63,808 nt of DNA from Octopus bimaculoides (lineage: Eukaryota): positions 91,074,540 through 91,138,347 of the forward strand of contig NC_068983.1 in assembly GCF_001194135.2 (NCBI RefSeq), given 5' to 3'. The position numbers and the translations under genes were made by a program. How positions within the stretch are numbered: position 1 is the stretch's first letter; every line of letters begins with the position of its first letter. Below the pieces are notes generated by a model that had not been told where the DNA came from, did not search any database, and was given only the letters and a program-made list of their open reading frames with translations. Below, piece by piece: positions 22,943 to 35,054 of the stretch.

Positions 22943-25900
22943 TCATCATCATCATCATCGTTTAACGTCCGCTTTTGACTGAGGACTGGTGAACCAGATC
23001 GCTACACCAGGCTCCAATCTGATTTGGCAGACTTTCTACAGCTGGATGCCCTTCCTAACGCCAACCACTCCGAGAGTGTAGTGGGTGCTTTTATGTGCCA
23101 CCGGCACGAAGGCCAGTCAGGCGGTACTAGCAACGGCCAGGCTCAAAATGGTGTATTTTATATGCCACCTACACAGGAGCCAGTCCAGCGGGACTGGCAA
23201 CGAACTCGCTCGAATGTCTTTTCACGTGCCACTGGCACAAGTGCCAGGAGGGCGACGTTGGTAACGATCATGCTCAAATGCTCTGGCAACAATCACGCTC
23301 GGACGGTGCTCTTAGTGATCTACTGGTACTGGTGCCATCACGATTTCGCTTTTGCTTGCCCCAACAGGTCTTCGCAAGCTGAGTTTAGTGTTCAATGAAG
23401 AGACGTTGGCATGGGTGCCAGTCTACAGATTTAGTTAGATTTCATTTTCGATTTCACTTGCCTTAACAGGTCTTCAAAAGCGGAGTTTAGTGTCCAAAGA
23501 AGGAATGTTATGCGTAAGTGGGCTGGCTACATTCCAGGCAGAGGCCTTGGATTTTGGTGTCACATGGCTTGCCGGATCTTCTCATGCACAGCATATTTCC
23601 AAAGGTCTCGGTCACAAGTCATTGCCTCGGTGAGGCCTAATGTTCAGAGGCCGTGCTTCACCACCTCATCCTGGGTCTTCCAAGGATTCCCTCAACCGCT
23701 AGGGTGTGGCACATTTTCACACAGCTATCCTCATCCATTGGAACATACTGTTTCATTCCTTGCGAGCTTATGCATGTCCTCAGCAGTCACGGCCAATGAT
23801 TCACTGCCATGTAGCATGGCTGTTCGTACACATGCGTCATACACGCACGTCATCCAGTCTACCTTTTACTCTGAGCGAGAAGCCCTTTGTCATCAGCAGA
23901 GGTAGAAGCTCTCTGAACTTTGCCCAGGCTATTCTTATTCTAGCAGCTACACTTTCAGAGCACCCACACCCGCTACTGACTTGGTCAGCTAGGTAACGGA
24001 AGCTATCAACTACTTCTAGTTTTTTTCCTTGGAATGTGGCAGAAGTCGTTTTCTGCACATTTTCAGTGTTTATTGAACATCTGCCACATACAAAAACTAC
24101 CTTCCTAGTTAACCTGCCTTTGATATTGCTGCACCTCTTATGTGTCCATAGCTTGCACTGGGTACATCTTATAGAGTTTCTACCTATGCCTTTTCTACAG
24201 ATCGGGCAGGGCCATCTACCTGAAGGGGATTGTGTTTTGTCTACCTTCCTACTTATTAGGACTTTGGTTTTAGCTAAGTTGACTCTAAGGCCCTTCGATT
24301 CTAGTCCCTGCTTCCACACCTGAAACTTCTCCTCTAGTTCGGATAGTGACTCAGCAATTAGAGCAAGGTCATCAGCATAGAGGAGCTCCCAGGGGCATCT
24401 TGTCTTGAATTCCTCCATTATCGCCTGGAGGATTATGATAAATAGGAGGAGGCTGAGGACAGAACCTTGGTGGACCCCTACTTCTACCCGGAATTCTTCA
24501 CTGTACTCATTGCCAACCCTCACCTTACTGACAGCATCTCTGTACATGGCTCGCACAGCTCTCACTAACCATTCTTCTATCCCTAGTTTCCTCATTGATC
24601 ACCAGATAAGGGATCAGGGGACCCTGTCAAAGGCTTTCTCCATGTCAACGAAAACCAGGTACAGAGGTTTATCCTTGGCTAGGTATTCCTCCTGCAGCCG
24701 TCTTACCAGAAATATAGCATCAGTGGTGCTTTTCCCTGGCACGAACCCAAACTGCATCTCATCTAAACTGACTCGCTCCATAATTAGTTGGGCTATGACA
24801 CTCTCTGTTACCTTCATAACCTGATCCAACAACTTGATACCTCTGTAATTATTCGTATCTAAAGCGTCTCCTTTACCTTCGTAACAGTTGACAATGGTGC
24901 TGCTACACCAGTCATTGGGTATGACTACTTCGTGTATCACCTGGTTAACAATACAGGTGACTAGGCTATAGCCGACACTACCAGATATTTTGAGCATCTC
25001 TGCCATGATTCCTGATGCTTTATCGACCATGGTACTGTCAATTCGGATAGCTGGTCCCTCTGTTGGGTCAACATTCGGCAGACCCTCTTTCTCCCATTCA
25101 TTCTCTTTATTGAGCAATCTTTCGTAGTGGCGTCTCCAAACCTCTTTCTTTGCAGCCTCGTTTAGTGCAAGCGTACCATCATCCATGCGAACACATTTCT
25201 CTCTCACACACTGTCTTGCAACACGAAATACTTCAAGTCTTTGGTCCTCACGGCACAGAACATTGGCAAACTTTTTCTTATCTGCTTCCCCTCTGGCTAA
25301 ATAAACTTGTCTCCTAGCTTCCCTCCTAGCAGTCTGATACAAGTCCCTGCTACCTCCGTCCTTCCAGTCCTTCCAAGCCTGTTTCTTTTGTCTAATAGCC
25401 CTGTCAACCACATTGTTCCACCACCACGTTACTTTGGGTTGAGAGGGGACTTTACGCCAGCCACAGATCTGGTTGGTGGCTCTCAGCAGGTTGTCCTGTA
25501 GAAACCTCCAGTTGTCTTCCACATTGTATGATGCTATATCCCCGGTCTACTTCTGGGCATCCATTTTGCCTTGATCCCGAAGTCACTAACTACTAATCTG
25601 TGTTGAGGGGTACATTCTTCGCCAGGGAAGGTTTTAACATTTATAAGCCACCCTCTTTCCCTATTTCTGGCGAGGATGTAGTTGATTTGGCTAGAGTGTC
25701 TGTGTCTGCCAGAACGGTAGGTGACTAGGTGACTGGCAGGTTTCCTGAAGTTGGTATTGCAAACCATAAGATCGTTTGCATCACAGAACTCTAGCATTCT
25801 GGTTCTCTCCTCATTGCAGGAACAGAAGCCATAGCCTCCATGAATGCCATGGAAGCCACCTGCATGATGTCTGACATGACCATTGAAATCACCAGTCACA

Positions 25901-27309
25901 AAGAGAAGGTCCCTGTCGTTCGTCAATGAGGTAGTTTGCAGGAGGGTGTAGTAGAATTGGTCTTTCTGCCCATCCGGTAGCCCCGGTTGAGGGGCATAGA
26001 CGGAGATGACAGTAGCTAACCTATGATGAAGCACTAATCTAATCTTAAGTACTCTGTCACATATTCTGACTACCTCGATTACCTTATCAACGCATTTCTC
26101 TGCTAGGAGTATTCCCATGCCCCCGACCCCGNNNNNNNNNNCCTTATCAACGCATTTCTCTGCTAGGAGTATTCCCATGCCCCCGACCCCGTCAGTGTTC
26201 CCTGCCCAGAAAATCTTGTACCTGTGTTCTTTGCCTGTAAGGAACTTCCCGGATCCTCCTCTCCATCTTACTTCTTGTATGCAGCACAAATCTACCCGTC
26301 TCCGTTCAAGCATCTCAACAATCTCACCAGACCTACCTTTCAGCGTGCCGACGTTGAGAGTGCCAATTCTGACGGTGTGGGAGGAGTGGGCCTGTGTGAC
26401 CCTGGGATGGGGGAAAGCAGTGTCGTGTAAGAAAACTTGCATTTGGCAGAATTCATAAACAAAACAATACCTACAACCTGCATACACTACACAATCTTTA
26501 TGCGCTATAAGGTCGATAAGAGGGAAGGGGTGGTATAAGGCCTCTAGGAGTGTTCGCAGGACACAACCAAGGATGGCAGACAATAAGAACTTCCGGTTCT
26601 GGTGGCAGGCATACCGCGGGCCAAGGGAGCTTCGTCGTAGTTCTGTCAGCAGAGAGATTCAAAGACAATTAGGATAAAGTTGGAAATTGAACTGGTTATA
26701 TAGAGTTAGGGTCACGTAGGAATCAAAGAGAGAGGGGGAGAGAGAAATAGTGATGCAGACAGAGACGGGGAGAGAGAAATAGTGATGCAGAGAGAGAGGG
26801 GGACAGAGAAATAGTGAGGCACAGAGAGAGAGAGAGAGAGATGGAGAGAGAGAGAGATGGAGAGAGAGAGAGATGGAGAGAGAGAGAGATGGAGAGAGAG
26901 AGAGATGGAGAGAGAGAGAGATGGAGAGAGAGAGAGAGAGGTACAGTCAACAGAACATCATGCTGGATAAATTCTTTAGGTTTTTAGAACAAAGTTGAGA
27001 GACAGCAGTGCTTAAATCTTGAGTTTAAATGCTTAAATCAGTAACATAATTGAGTGAGAATTGAATCGTAAACAGACTTTAGATAGGTTTAGGCTTAGAG
27101 GAGCGATAACTTGAATAAAGTAAAGAAAAGGCGATAACTTGAATCAAGTAAGAAAAAAATTAAAATAAATAAGTATGAATTTAAGACAAAACAGAGATCG
27201 AGTGATGTTTACATGGAAAGAAATATATAGATAATAGAGAATGGTCAGAGGGGGAGCGCTAAAAGATGGGATAATAATATGGAGGTCGGAAGTCTAAAAA
27301 ATTTCCTTA
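22943..27309 (-). mobile_element. Full-length RTE-clade LINE (5' UTR, APE-RT ORF with a few disruptions, repetitive 3' UTR, (GAT)n tail)
   Basis: IGTLNVGTLKGRSGE..CIQEVRWRG, YAPQPG, GDFNGH (APE); NYRGIKLL, DMEKAFDRVP, HQGSVLS, YADDL (RT). Flanked by GCTG at 22939-22942 and 27310-27313; removal restores Gypsy VPFSA|LKQ..EELDRLEK. Confidence 0.96.
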
Positions 27310-28290
27310 GCTGAGAAAGGTACAATTTGTTTTAGCTTAAATACAAGTACAGCATTTTCTTTTACTTGAAACTGCTTTTGTTTTGGTGCACAAACCTAAT
27401 TTAGACAAAACTTCAGGAAAAATCTTTAAAATTTTTTTTTTTAATTCGTTTGACAACTTATTTGTACTGGCAATAAAACCATTCCCATTTTTACAAAAAA
27501 GATTTATGGGGAGGTCCCATAAATAATTCCGTCCAGTCTGTTCCAAATAAATTTGTTGTATTATTCAACACAAAAACTTTGGCTTTGAAGGTATTTCCAT
27601 GAAATATGTCATCACTCATCATTTCACCCTTAAAATGTAATTTTTTCTTGAAACACCATGTTATCGAGATATCACTGCCCATATCCAATTGTAACTTTAC
27701 GTTTGTGCTGTTAATTTTTACATACACAAATTTCCTTTGAGGTTCATTCATATTTCTTGTTACTGATAACCTGTTTACATGATTTTTGCTGTTGAACCGT
27801 TTTTTAGGTTTTGTTTTACAGTCTGATTTTATTATGACCTATCTTACCACACTTGAAACATTTTATATTTTTAAATGGACAGTTCCATTTAAAATGTAAA
27901 CATGGATTTAGTCTTGACATTTTTTTCTCTTTTTTCTTATCCATTACTGGTCGAAATGCGTGAATATGAGAGCAATCTTTTTCTTTAGTTTTATCAGCAT
28001 CATGTCTTAGATTTATAATTTTCTGGCATTCCTCTGCTATTAGCTGTAGAGTTAATTTTTGGTCCTGTTCTAATTTTGTTAAAATCCAGGAACAAGCTAT
28101 CTGCAGCTTTGCTTGCAGTTAGCCCGTGAACAAAAATTAGACATTTGAACATGTCCAGGGTTAATTCATTTAATTTGAATTTTTCACACTCTGTTGACAA
28201 TCACAGCATAGGTGATGAAATCTTCATCATCTTTTTTGCCAGGGAGAATTGAACAAGGAACTTCTTTCACTGAAAATTTTCCATAAAAAA
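27310..28290 (-). mobile_element. Gypsy (Mag-type), 5' part: gag and protease remnants
   Basis: ECEKFKLNELTLDMFKCLIFVHGLT (gag), RKFVYVKINSTNVKLQLDMGSDISI (protease), NLFGTDW; continuous with 20229-22942. Confidence 0.88.
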
Positions 28291-28299
28291 TTTTCATCA

Positions 28300-28548
28300 A
28301 AACAAATTTCACCTTTGGTGATATGGTACTTGACTTGTCAAGCCAAGTGAAATCATAGTTGTGGCCATTGCTGGTGTTATGAAAGTGGCATGTAAAAAGC
28401 ACCCATTACACTCTTGGAGTGTTTGGCATTAGGAAGGGCATCCAACCATAGAAACCGTGCCAAATCAGACTGGAACCGGGTGCAGCCCTCCAGCTTATCA
28501 AACCATCTAACCCATGGAAAGCAAATGTTAAATGATGATGATGATGAT
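28300..28548 (+). mobile_element. RTE 3' end with (GAT)n tail
   Basis: AAGTGAAATCATAGT...GGAAGGGCATCC...TTAAATGATGATGATG; same family tail, plus orientation. Confidence 0.85.
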
Positions 28549-28599
28549 GTGTGTGTGTATCACACACACATATGCATTAAATGTAAAATATATAAATTT

Positions 28600-31050
28600 A
28601 TATATATATTAATACTTATACATCCATTTCAGCCAATTACACCAATCAGTTTCACAAAAGAGTTAGAGAAGAACCCAAACGCAGAACTCAACAAAAAGGG
28701 CTGGTATGAAAAGTATGGCAACAGCTGCTATCTTCTATTAAAGGTCAGGAAGTGTCACATCCAGTTTGTTAGTGTTGTGAAAAACTAGAACAAAAAAAGA
28801 CCTGTGGGTGAAGTTCAGAGAGGAATTCATCTAGAGTTATGCTCCTTGCACAAAAGCTCGAGAATCATCATAGTGTGAAGAACAACTGCCTGCAAAGTGG
28901 AATTGCAGCTTGGGTACAGGCAGTCAAGGGAGGGGGCAGAAAGAGGAATTGGGAATGGGTATCCACTCTTAAAATCATGCATAAACATATACATGTATAT
29001 GTCCACACATGTACATCACGTATGTGGATGATGAAGGAAACAGAATGTTTTCTGGTATAATTAGAGAAAGAGCTCAGGTGTGCAAAATTACAGCACATAA
29101 AATTCATCATGCCATCAATGTAAATTCTGGTAGATTGGGTCTGAGGAGTGGTTACAGTACATTTATACACAACATTATAGCACAAGCAACTATCCTCGAA
29201 AGACAGTAACTATGTCAGCTGAAATTGCAAAATTTCTTACAGCAAATCAAAGATAGTGCACTATTAGCCATGTGATGGTTAGCAAAGTTAGCACAATTGT
29301 TGGTACTACTGACAGAATCAGGAGCATTATTATCACTATTATTAATAGATTTAGGATGATGGCTGTCAAACTTATTGCTATTACTGTTATTACAGTTGAC
29401 ATTAATGATATCCACACTAGATTATGGTTACTTCTATCACTAATACTGGCACTGTGATTATCAATAGTATTTTTAGCCACATTATAGATGTTGTTAAAAA
29501 TAATAATAATAGTTTTTGGAAATGTGCAAGCACACAGATATGATGGCATTAGGGATGTTCTGGCCAGCAGAATTGTGGTGGTTCATATTCCCTAAACAAT
29601 AGTCACTGGAGTTGATGTTACTGTTACTAGGGGTATTGGGAGTGTCTAGGCCATTGTTAAAGCTATGGGTAGAGGGGGGCAGGGACCTTACTATTCCTAT
29701 TAATGCAGTTATAGATGATCTCCAGGTAGGAATTCTCAGGACTGTAGTAGAGGCCTGAGCTAACATTTACTCAAAGAAGTAATAATTGACCCCAGGTTTG
29801 GTGTTGTGGATTCATTAAAGATGGACTGGTACTTATGTTGAGGCAGGAAGTTGGAATTGAGGATGCTAAATGAGAGTTTAGGAAGAGATTTAATTTGCAA
29901 AAAGAACAGAGGTGCAAGCCATATGGTTTTGTATTTCCTACTCTTTGAATTGTGTAGGATTACAGGGGTTAACTTGAGGTGACTGAGGTTTGTGCATCCA
30001 CAGGACCTGCCAAGTTACACAGTTAATAAGAACTCAGTCAGTAATAAAAGTAGTGTGATGCATAATGCTAGGAGTGCTAAAAGTAGAGGTAAGTTTAGAA
30101 GGAGCACCATTATTATGAGGAGTTAATTTGATTTTCAGTCTAGTGTTGAGGATATAGGAAATCTTGGAGAATCCACTAATAAGGAGGGCCTGGTTTAGTA
30201 AGGAGTATGACTTTAAAATATTTTCATTAGTGGAGAGGTTGAAGATCCTAAAAGAAATGCTGTTGATAATGCTATTTAAAATGGATTTAGGGTGATTAGA
30301 TTGGACATTAACACATAAAGCGCGACGGGCCATGATCATGGCTGTCAGGCGCAAGTCAACAGGCCATGATTGTGACCCAGATAGATGCATTTATTTTATG
30401 GGTATTTGTTGGGGTCTAATGTCACTCAAATGCTCCGATACCCCTCAAAATGCAAGAGGACTAATAGTTCAACTAATGGCTTTTCAGATCGTGTAAAACT
30501 TGCCACCATTAAGAAGATATTTTAACTATTTTTTTGTTTTTTATGTATGCATAGTAGTCTAATTTTCATAAAATGTGCTATGTAAGTGCATATCCCAGTG
30601 CTTTATGGGTTAATATATTGTAGGGATTCATTAGGTTTATGGTATGGGTAGCATAAGCTAGATTCTAAGTCAAGAGTGATGTTTAACAAGTTGGTTACTT
30701 TAATACTATTTTCAAAGGAGATAGAGAGGTTATAACTTTCAAAAACTTGTGGAAAGTTTTCCAAATATGCTCAATGCCTAACTTCAAGCTCCCAGTGGAT
30801 ATGAAGGGAGTATCACATCTATATAGAGACCCATTAAACCCAGAGAAGTGTTCGTTAATCTGAAATAGGAGGAATGGGCCCATGGTGATATCATAAGTAG
30901 TTGATAGTAGAATTTCAAGACCAATATTTGTTGTTAAAAATATGAGTGTTTTCATGTTATCAAAATAATATTGATATCTGGACAAGAGAGGGTGTGAGTT
31001 TCCTAGCTTTATTTCGGAGAATGAAGAAAACTGAGACACATTAATCAGAT
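28600..31050 (-). mobile_element. Decayed Penelope-like element
   Basis: VQSNHPKSILNSIINSISFRIFNLSTNE..NQALLISGF (RT thumb), FNESTTPNLGSIITS, Asn-rich linker, NVVYKCTVTTPQTQSTRIYI..HLSSF (GIY-YIG). Confidence 0.8.
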
Positions 31051-31399
31051 ATCAAACTATAGAAAGGAGGGTCAAGTGACGTATTCTTCATAGAATTATC
31101 CCTATAGTAAAAACAAAAAAAAACTCTTCCTCTCAAACACAGATGATGTGATTACTCCCCATCATGTCCAAAATCTGATTATTCATAAAGTTAAAATGTC
31201 ATGTGATTGCAACAAGCCTGCAGCAGCTGATACAATACTTTTCCACATGGCAGTTAGCCATTGCCAAGTGTCAAAAATGTTATTAAAAACATGCTTGAGT
31301 GCATAAATGAAGATAAAAAATAGAATCTTTTAATTTTTTTGTGTGCATATGTGCATGTTAAAATCTTGAAAATGTATACATCTTTTAGGCTATTGAAGA

Positions 31400-32050
31400 C
31401 GCCTCCCAGATTTTAGATATATCCTCATCATAACTGTTGCAGGTTGTTTACTTTGAGGTTCCTTTTTTTTTATCATGAGAAAATGCATGAAAAATTGAAT
31501 TACATTGACATAATGAGGAATAAAATACCAACACAAATGTGTAGTGATGATGCAGTAGGAAATTCAAGGATTGATTTTGTTCCAGAGAGTAGTATATCAA
31601 TAGTATATCCCAAAGAGGGAAGTGATGAAATTGGGAATTCATACATATGAGAGTTAGTAACAATCCCATAGTGTCATGGACATTCAAACAAAATTTTGAG
31701 GTGTTGTTCATGTTTGTCTTCCATGGAACTTGCCACTCATAAAAAGTCAATATAAGCAAACTCATAGAGTAGATCCCATAGGATAGTGTCTAAGAAATAC
31801 TGGAATGTTCAAGACTAAAAGGTATACAAAGAAATTCAAACTGAAGAAAGGGTGTTGCAACATCTGTTTTGCTAACAGCTTTCAGCTTGACACTAGTCTG
31901 GTCTTACTAAGTCAATTTGGGTAAAAGTCTGAGCATTTTCCAAGGCAGAAGAAAATTCGTGCTGTCCATAAGACCATGGCCATTAAAATCATTGGCGTAT
32001 CCCGACCCAACAGAATTTTTTTTCCCCGTAACTTTCTGAAATGCATATTT
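31400..32050 (-). mobile_element. Highly decayed Gypsy (CsRn1-like) RT fragment
   Basis: Across frames: FTQIDLVR, SMEDKHEQHLKILFE, YGIVTNSH, ILEFPTAS. Confidence 0.7.
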
Positions 32051-32309
32051 TTTATGAAATTTACGAGGGTAACGATTACGATTAATTTAATAACATTATA
32101 AAAAATATTGCGAAGTAGTTTTGGATCATTCTGCCCACTTAAGTCTTTATTTACCAATTTCTGATTAATATGCTTGAAATATCGACATTATGAAATCTAC
32201 GATCTCGAAAATAAATTTCTACAAAATACCATTTTAAAAAGAGTTGTGAAGGAAAAGGCTAAGGGCGGAGTATATTGTTAACAACATCGTTATTATACAC
32301 TCTAGAAAA

Positions 32310-32540
32310 CATATCTGTGCAAAATTTCAGCAAGCTATGCAGTAACAGGTGCATGCATGGTGGTGTGATTAAAAAACATGCTTTGCAACCACTTGGTTTC
32401 AGGTTCAGTCCCACTGCGTGGCACCTGTGTCTTCCATTACAGCCCCGAGCCGACAAACACAATGTGAATTTGGTGGACCAAAACTGCATGGAAGCCTGTC
32501 ATTTATAATTATTTGTGTCTGTTTGCCCCCACCACCACCT
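32310..32540 (+). mobile_element. Degraded family A-like SINE fragment
   Basis: GGTTTCAGGTTCAGTCCCACTGCGTGGCACC...TGTGTCTGTTTGCCCCCACCA. Confidence 0.7.
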
Positions 32541-32892
32541 ATAGTACATAACTTTACCATTAATATTGCCATTTAATCAAACATTTATTAAGTTAATTAA
32601 CGGTCATTTTTTTTAACTGAAAATATAACCTCGAAAATACTACTGCGATTAAAAATAGTAAATAATACGAGAAATATATCTAAAAAAAAAAGGGACACAA
32701 GAGAAAGTTCTAGATTTGGTAGGCTCAGTAAATTTCTAGATGAACAATAAAGAAATTTGTGTTAGCGGTTAGCGTGTTTACATTTATGCAGTTTCAATAA
32801 GAGTTTTCATCGTCTTTAAAAATCACAAAAACAAAAAATAATCATAATGTTGACGAGAAAAGTAAACGACAAACAAAGTAGCCAACACTGAC

Positions 32893-32907
32893 CGTAATTT
32901 GCGGCAT
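32893..32907 (-). CDS. unc-45: UNC-45 myosin chaperone, candidate first coding exon (MPQIT)
   Basis: Minus strand gatcATG CCG CAA ATT ACG followed by donor gtcagt. Phase 0 matches the phase-0 acceptor at 6252, giving MPQIT-EISEATVLKEKGN, an N-terminus of similar length to other invertebrate UNC-45 proteins. Lies in a CpG-retaining region ~40 bp below an ETS motif. Confidence 0.65.
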
Positions 32908-32947
32908 GATCAAAGACACAAGTAAACGAGTTCGGAACTGATAATTT

Positions 32948-32956
32948 ACCGGAAGT
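32948..32956. promoter_or_regulatory. ETS-family site (ACCGGAAGT) in probable unc-45 core promoter
   Basis: Perfect ETS consensus ~40 bp upstream of the candidate start codon, in a locally CpG-rich, non-repeat segment. Confidence 0.5.
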
Positions 32957-33659
32957 AGAATGAAAACCATACAACGAAGTTCTGCACTAATTTTTATTAC
33001 AGGAGTGAGATTTTAAGGGTAAATTATACTAGATATGATCAAAAATAAATTCCAACACTGAACTTTTATGCAATATCTCTTAATTTAAAATGTTTCCTTA
33101 AATACGAACGGTTAGTAAATTATATATACTGGTAAAATATTCTGTTGAACTGTTTCCTTAAATGGACTTAGGTATAAATAGATCTAAACAAGCCGATTAA
33201 GCTTGTTGAAAAGTAATACCTAAATGCATTTATACACACAAATCACTCAAAGGAGCTGTTTCGTATCCCGACATTAAATACCTGAATACCTGTACTTTAC
33301 ATCACATTGTAAAGTTGTAGAAAAACAAACATTTTATTTCTATTGAGAACTCAGGGTATTTGGTAGAGTTTGGGAACATGTCTCACCCTGTGACGTTTTA
33401 TTTACTTATCTTACATTTTTTTCGACAATTACTTCGAAGGTTACAATTGATTCTAAATTGTTTTTCCTTTTCAGAATTTTAGTGTGTGTGTGTGTATACG
33501 TGTGTCACTCAACCACCACTTTTCAGTTCGAGTACTCGAACAGCTAAACGTTTTTTTTGGTTATATTTGATCTTTTCTTAACATGATTTCCAGGGAAATA
33601 CGAGACTATGATTTTGAAAAAATGTCCGGTAATCATTGGTATTACATATAGGATCGCCC

Positions 33660-33990
33660 ACATACATATTTGGCACTCCGTCGAGGGTTCCAGTTGATCC
33701 GATCAACGGAACAGCCTGCTCGTGAAATTAACGTGCAAGTGGCTGAGCACTCCACAGACACGTGTACCCTTACAGTAGTTCTCAGGGATATTCAGCGTGA
33801 CAAGGCTGACCCTTTGAATTATAGGCACAACAGAAACAGGAAGTAAGAGTGAGAGAAAGTTGTGGTGAAAGAGTACAGCAGGGTTCGCCACCATCCCCTG
33901 CCGGAGCCTCGTGGGGCTTTAGGTGTTTTCGCTCAATAAACACTCACAACGCCCGGTCTGGGAATCGAAACCGCGATCTTATTACCGCGA
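33660..33990 (-). mobile_element. tRNA-derived SINE, family C
   Basis: Minus strand B-box-like GCGGTTTCGATTCCCAGACC followed by a CpG-rich body; 5' end next to a gap. Confidence 0.75.
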
Positions 33991-35054
33991 GTCTGCCTCC
34001 CACATACATNNNNNNNNNNNNNNNNNNNNNNNNNNNNNNNNNNNNNNNNNNNNNNNNNNNNNNNNNNNNNNNNNNNNNNNNNNNNNNNNNNNNNNNNNNN
34101 NNNNNNNNNNNNNNNNNNNNNNNNNNNNNNNNNNNNNNNNNNNNNNNNNNNNNNNNNNNNNNNNNNNNNNNNNNNNNNNNNNNNNNNNNNNNNNNNNNNN
34201 NNNNNNNNNNNNNNNNNNNNNNNNNNNNNNNNNNNNNNNNNNNNNNNNNNNNNNNNNNNNNNNNNNNNNNNNNNNNNNNNNNNNNNNNNNNNNNNNNNNN
34301 NNNNNNNNNNNNNNNNNNNNNNNNNNNNNNNNNNNNNNNNNNNNNNNNNNNNNNNNNNNNNNNNNNNNNNNNNNNNNNNNNNNNNNNNNNNNNNNNNNNN
34401 NGAGTAGAAAACACAAATTTAATATAAAAACATATTTCCTGAAATTGCAAATTATTTAAAATATAAAAATATAATTTTCAACAGAGAGAATTTATCAAAA
34501 TAGAAAACAAATGAAGTTTGAAGTTTTAAAATAATAGGATCGACTACTCACGACTAGCTAGCGCGGACGCGCGAACTTTCGAGTAATAGATAGAGAGAGA
34601 GAGACAGACAGACAGACAGATAGCTCGCTCCGGCCAGTCATGGTATTAGCTGTCAGTAGCCAAAGAATCGACAGGCATACAGGCAGACACTTCACTAGCA
34701 GTGAGCACTTTCACTTCTGACAGCTAATAGCATGATAGTGCCCAAAATTTTAGTTCTTTCTCCAAGTTTTTTTTTTAGTCTTCCTTTTTTTTTCTTCTTT
34801 CTTTTTTTTTTTTAGAACGGTATACTTTACAATACAATGATTATATTTCTGAAAAAGTTTCAGTTTTTTATATCATTCCTCCTCCAGTTTTCGGAACGAC
34901 GCCCGCCTGACAGAAATAAGGAGAAATAAGCATTATTAGCACAATACTTTTCAACTCTCAAACTATTATTCCCCACCACAACTGCCACCAAAAATTTATG
35001 GGTACTTTTTGTACTCTCATTCTTTGAATGGCATTTTTTTGAGAAAACAAAATA

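Noticed and set aside
26082-26191. 50-bp direct repeat on either side of a 10-N gap in the RTE endonuclease
   Set aside because: Identical sequence flanking a tiny gap is typical of an unmerged contig overlap.
28414-29209. Plus-strand ORFs with KGWYEKYGNSC and YVDD motifs suggesting a viral protein or RT
   Set aside because: Better explained as the antisense of the minus-strand Penelope GIY-YIG and tail.
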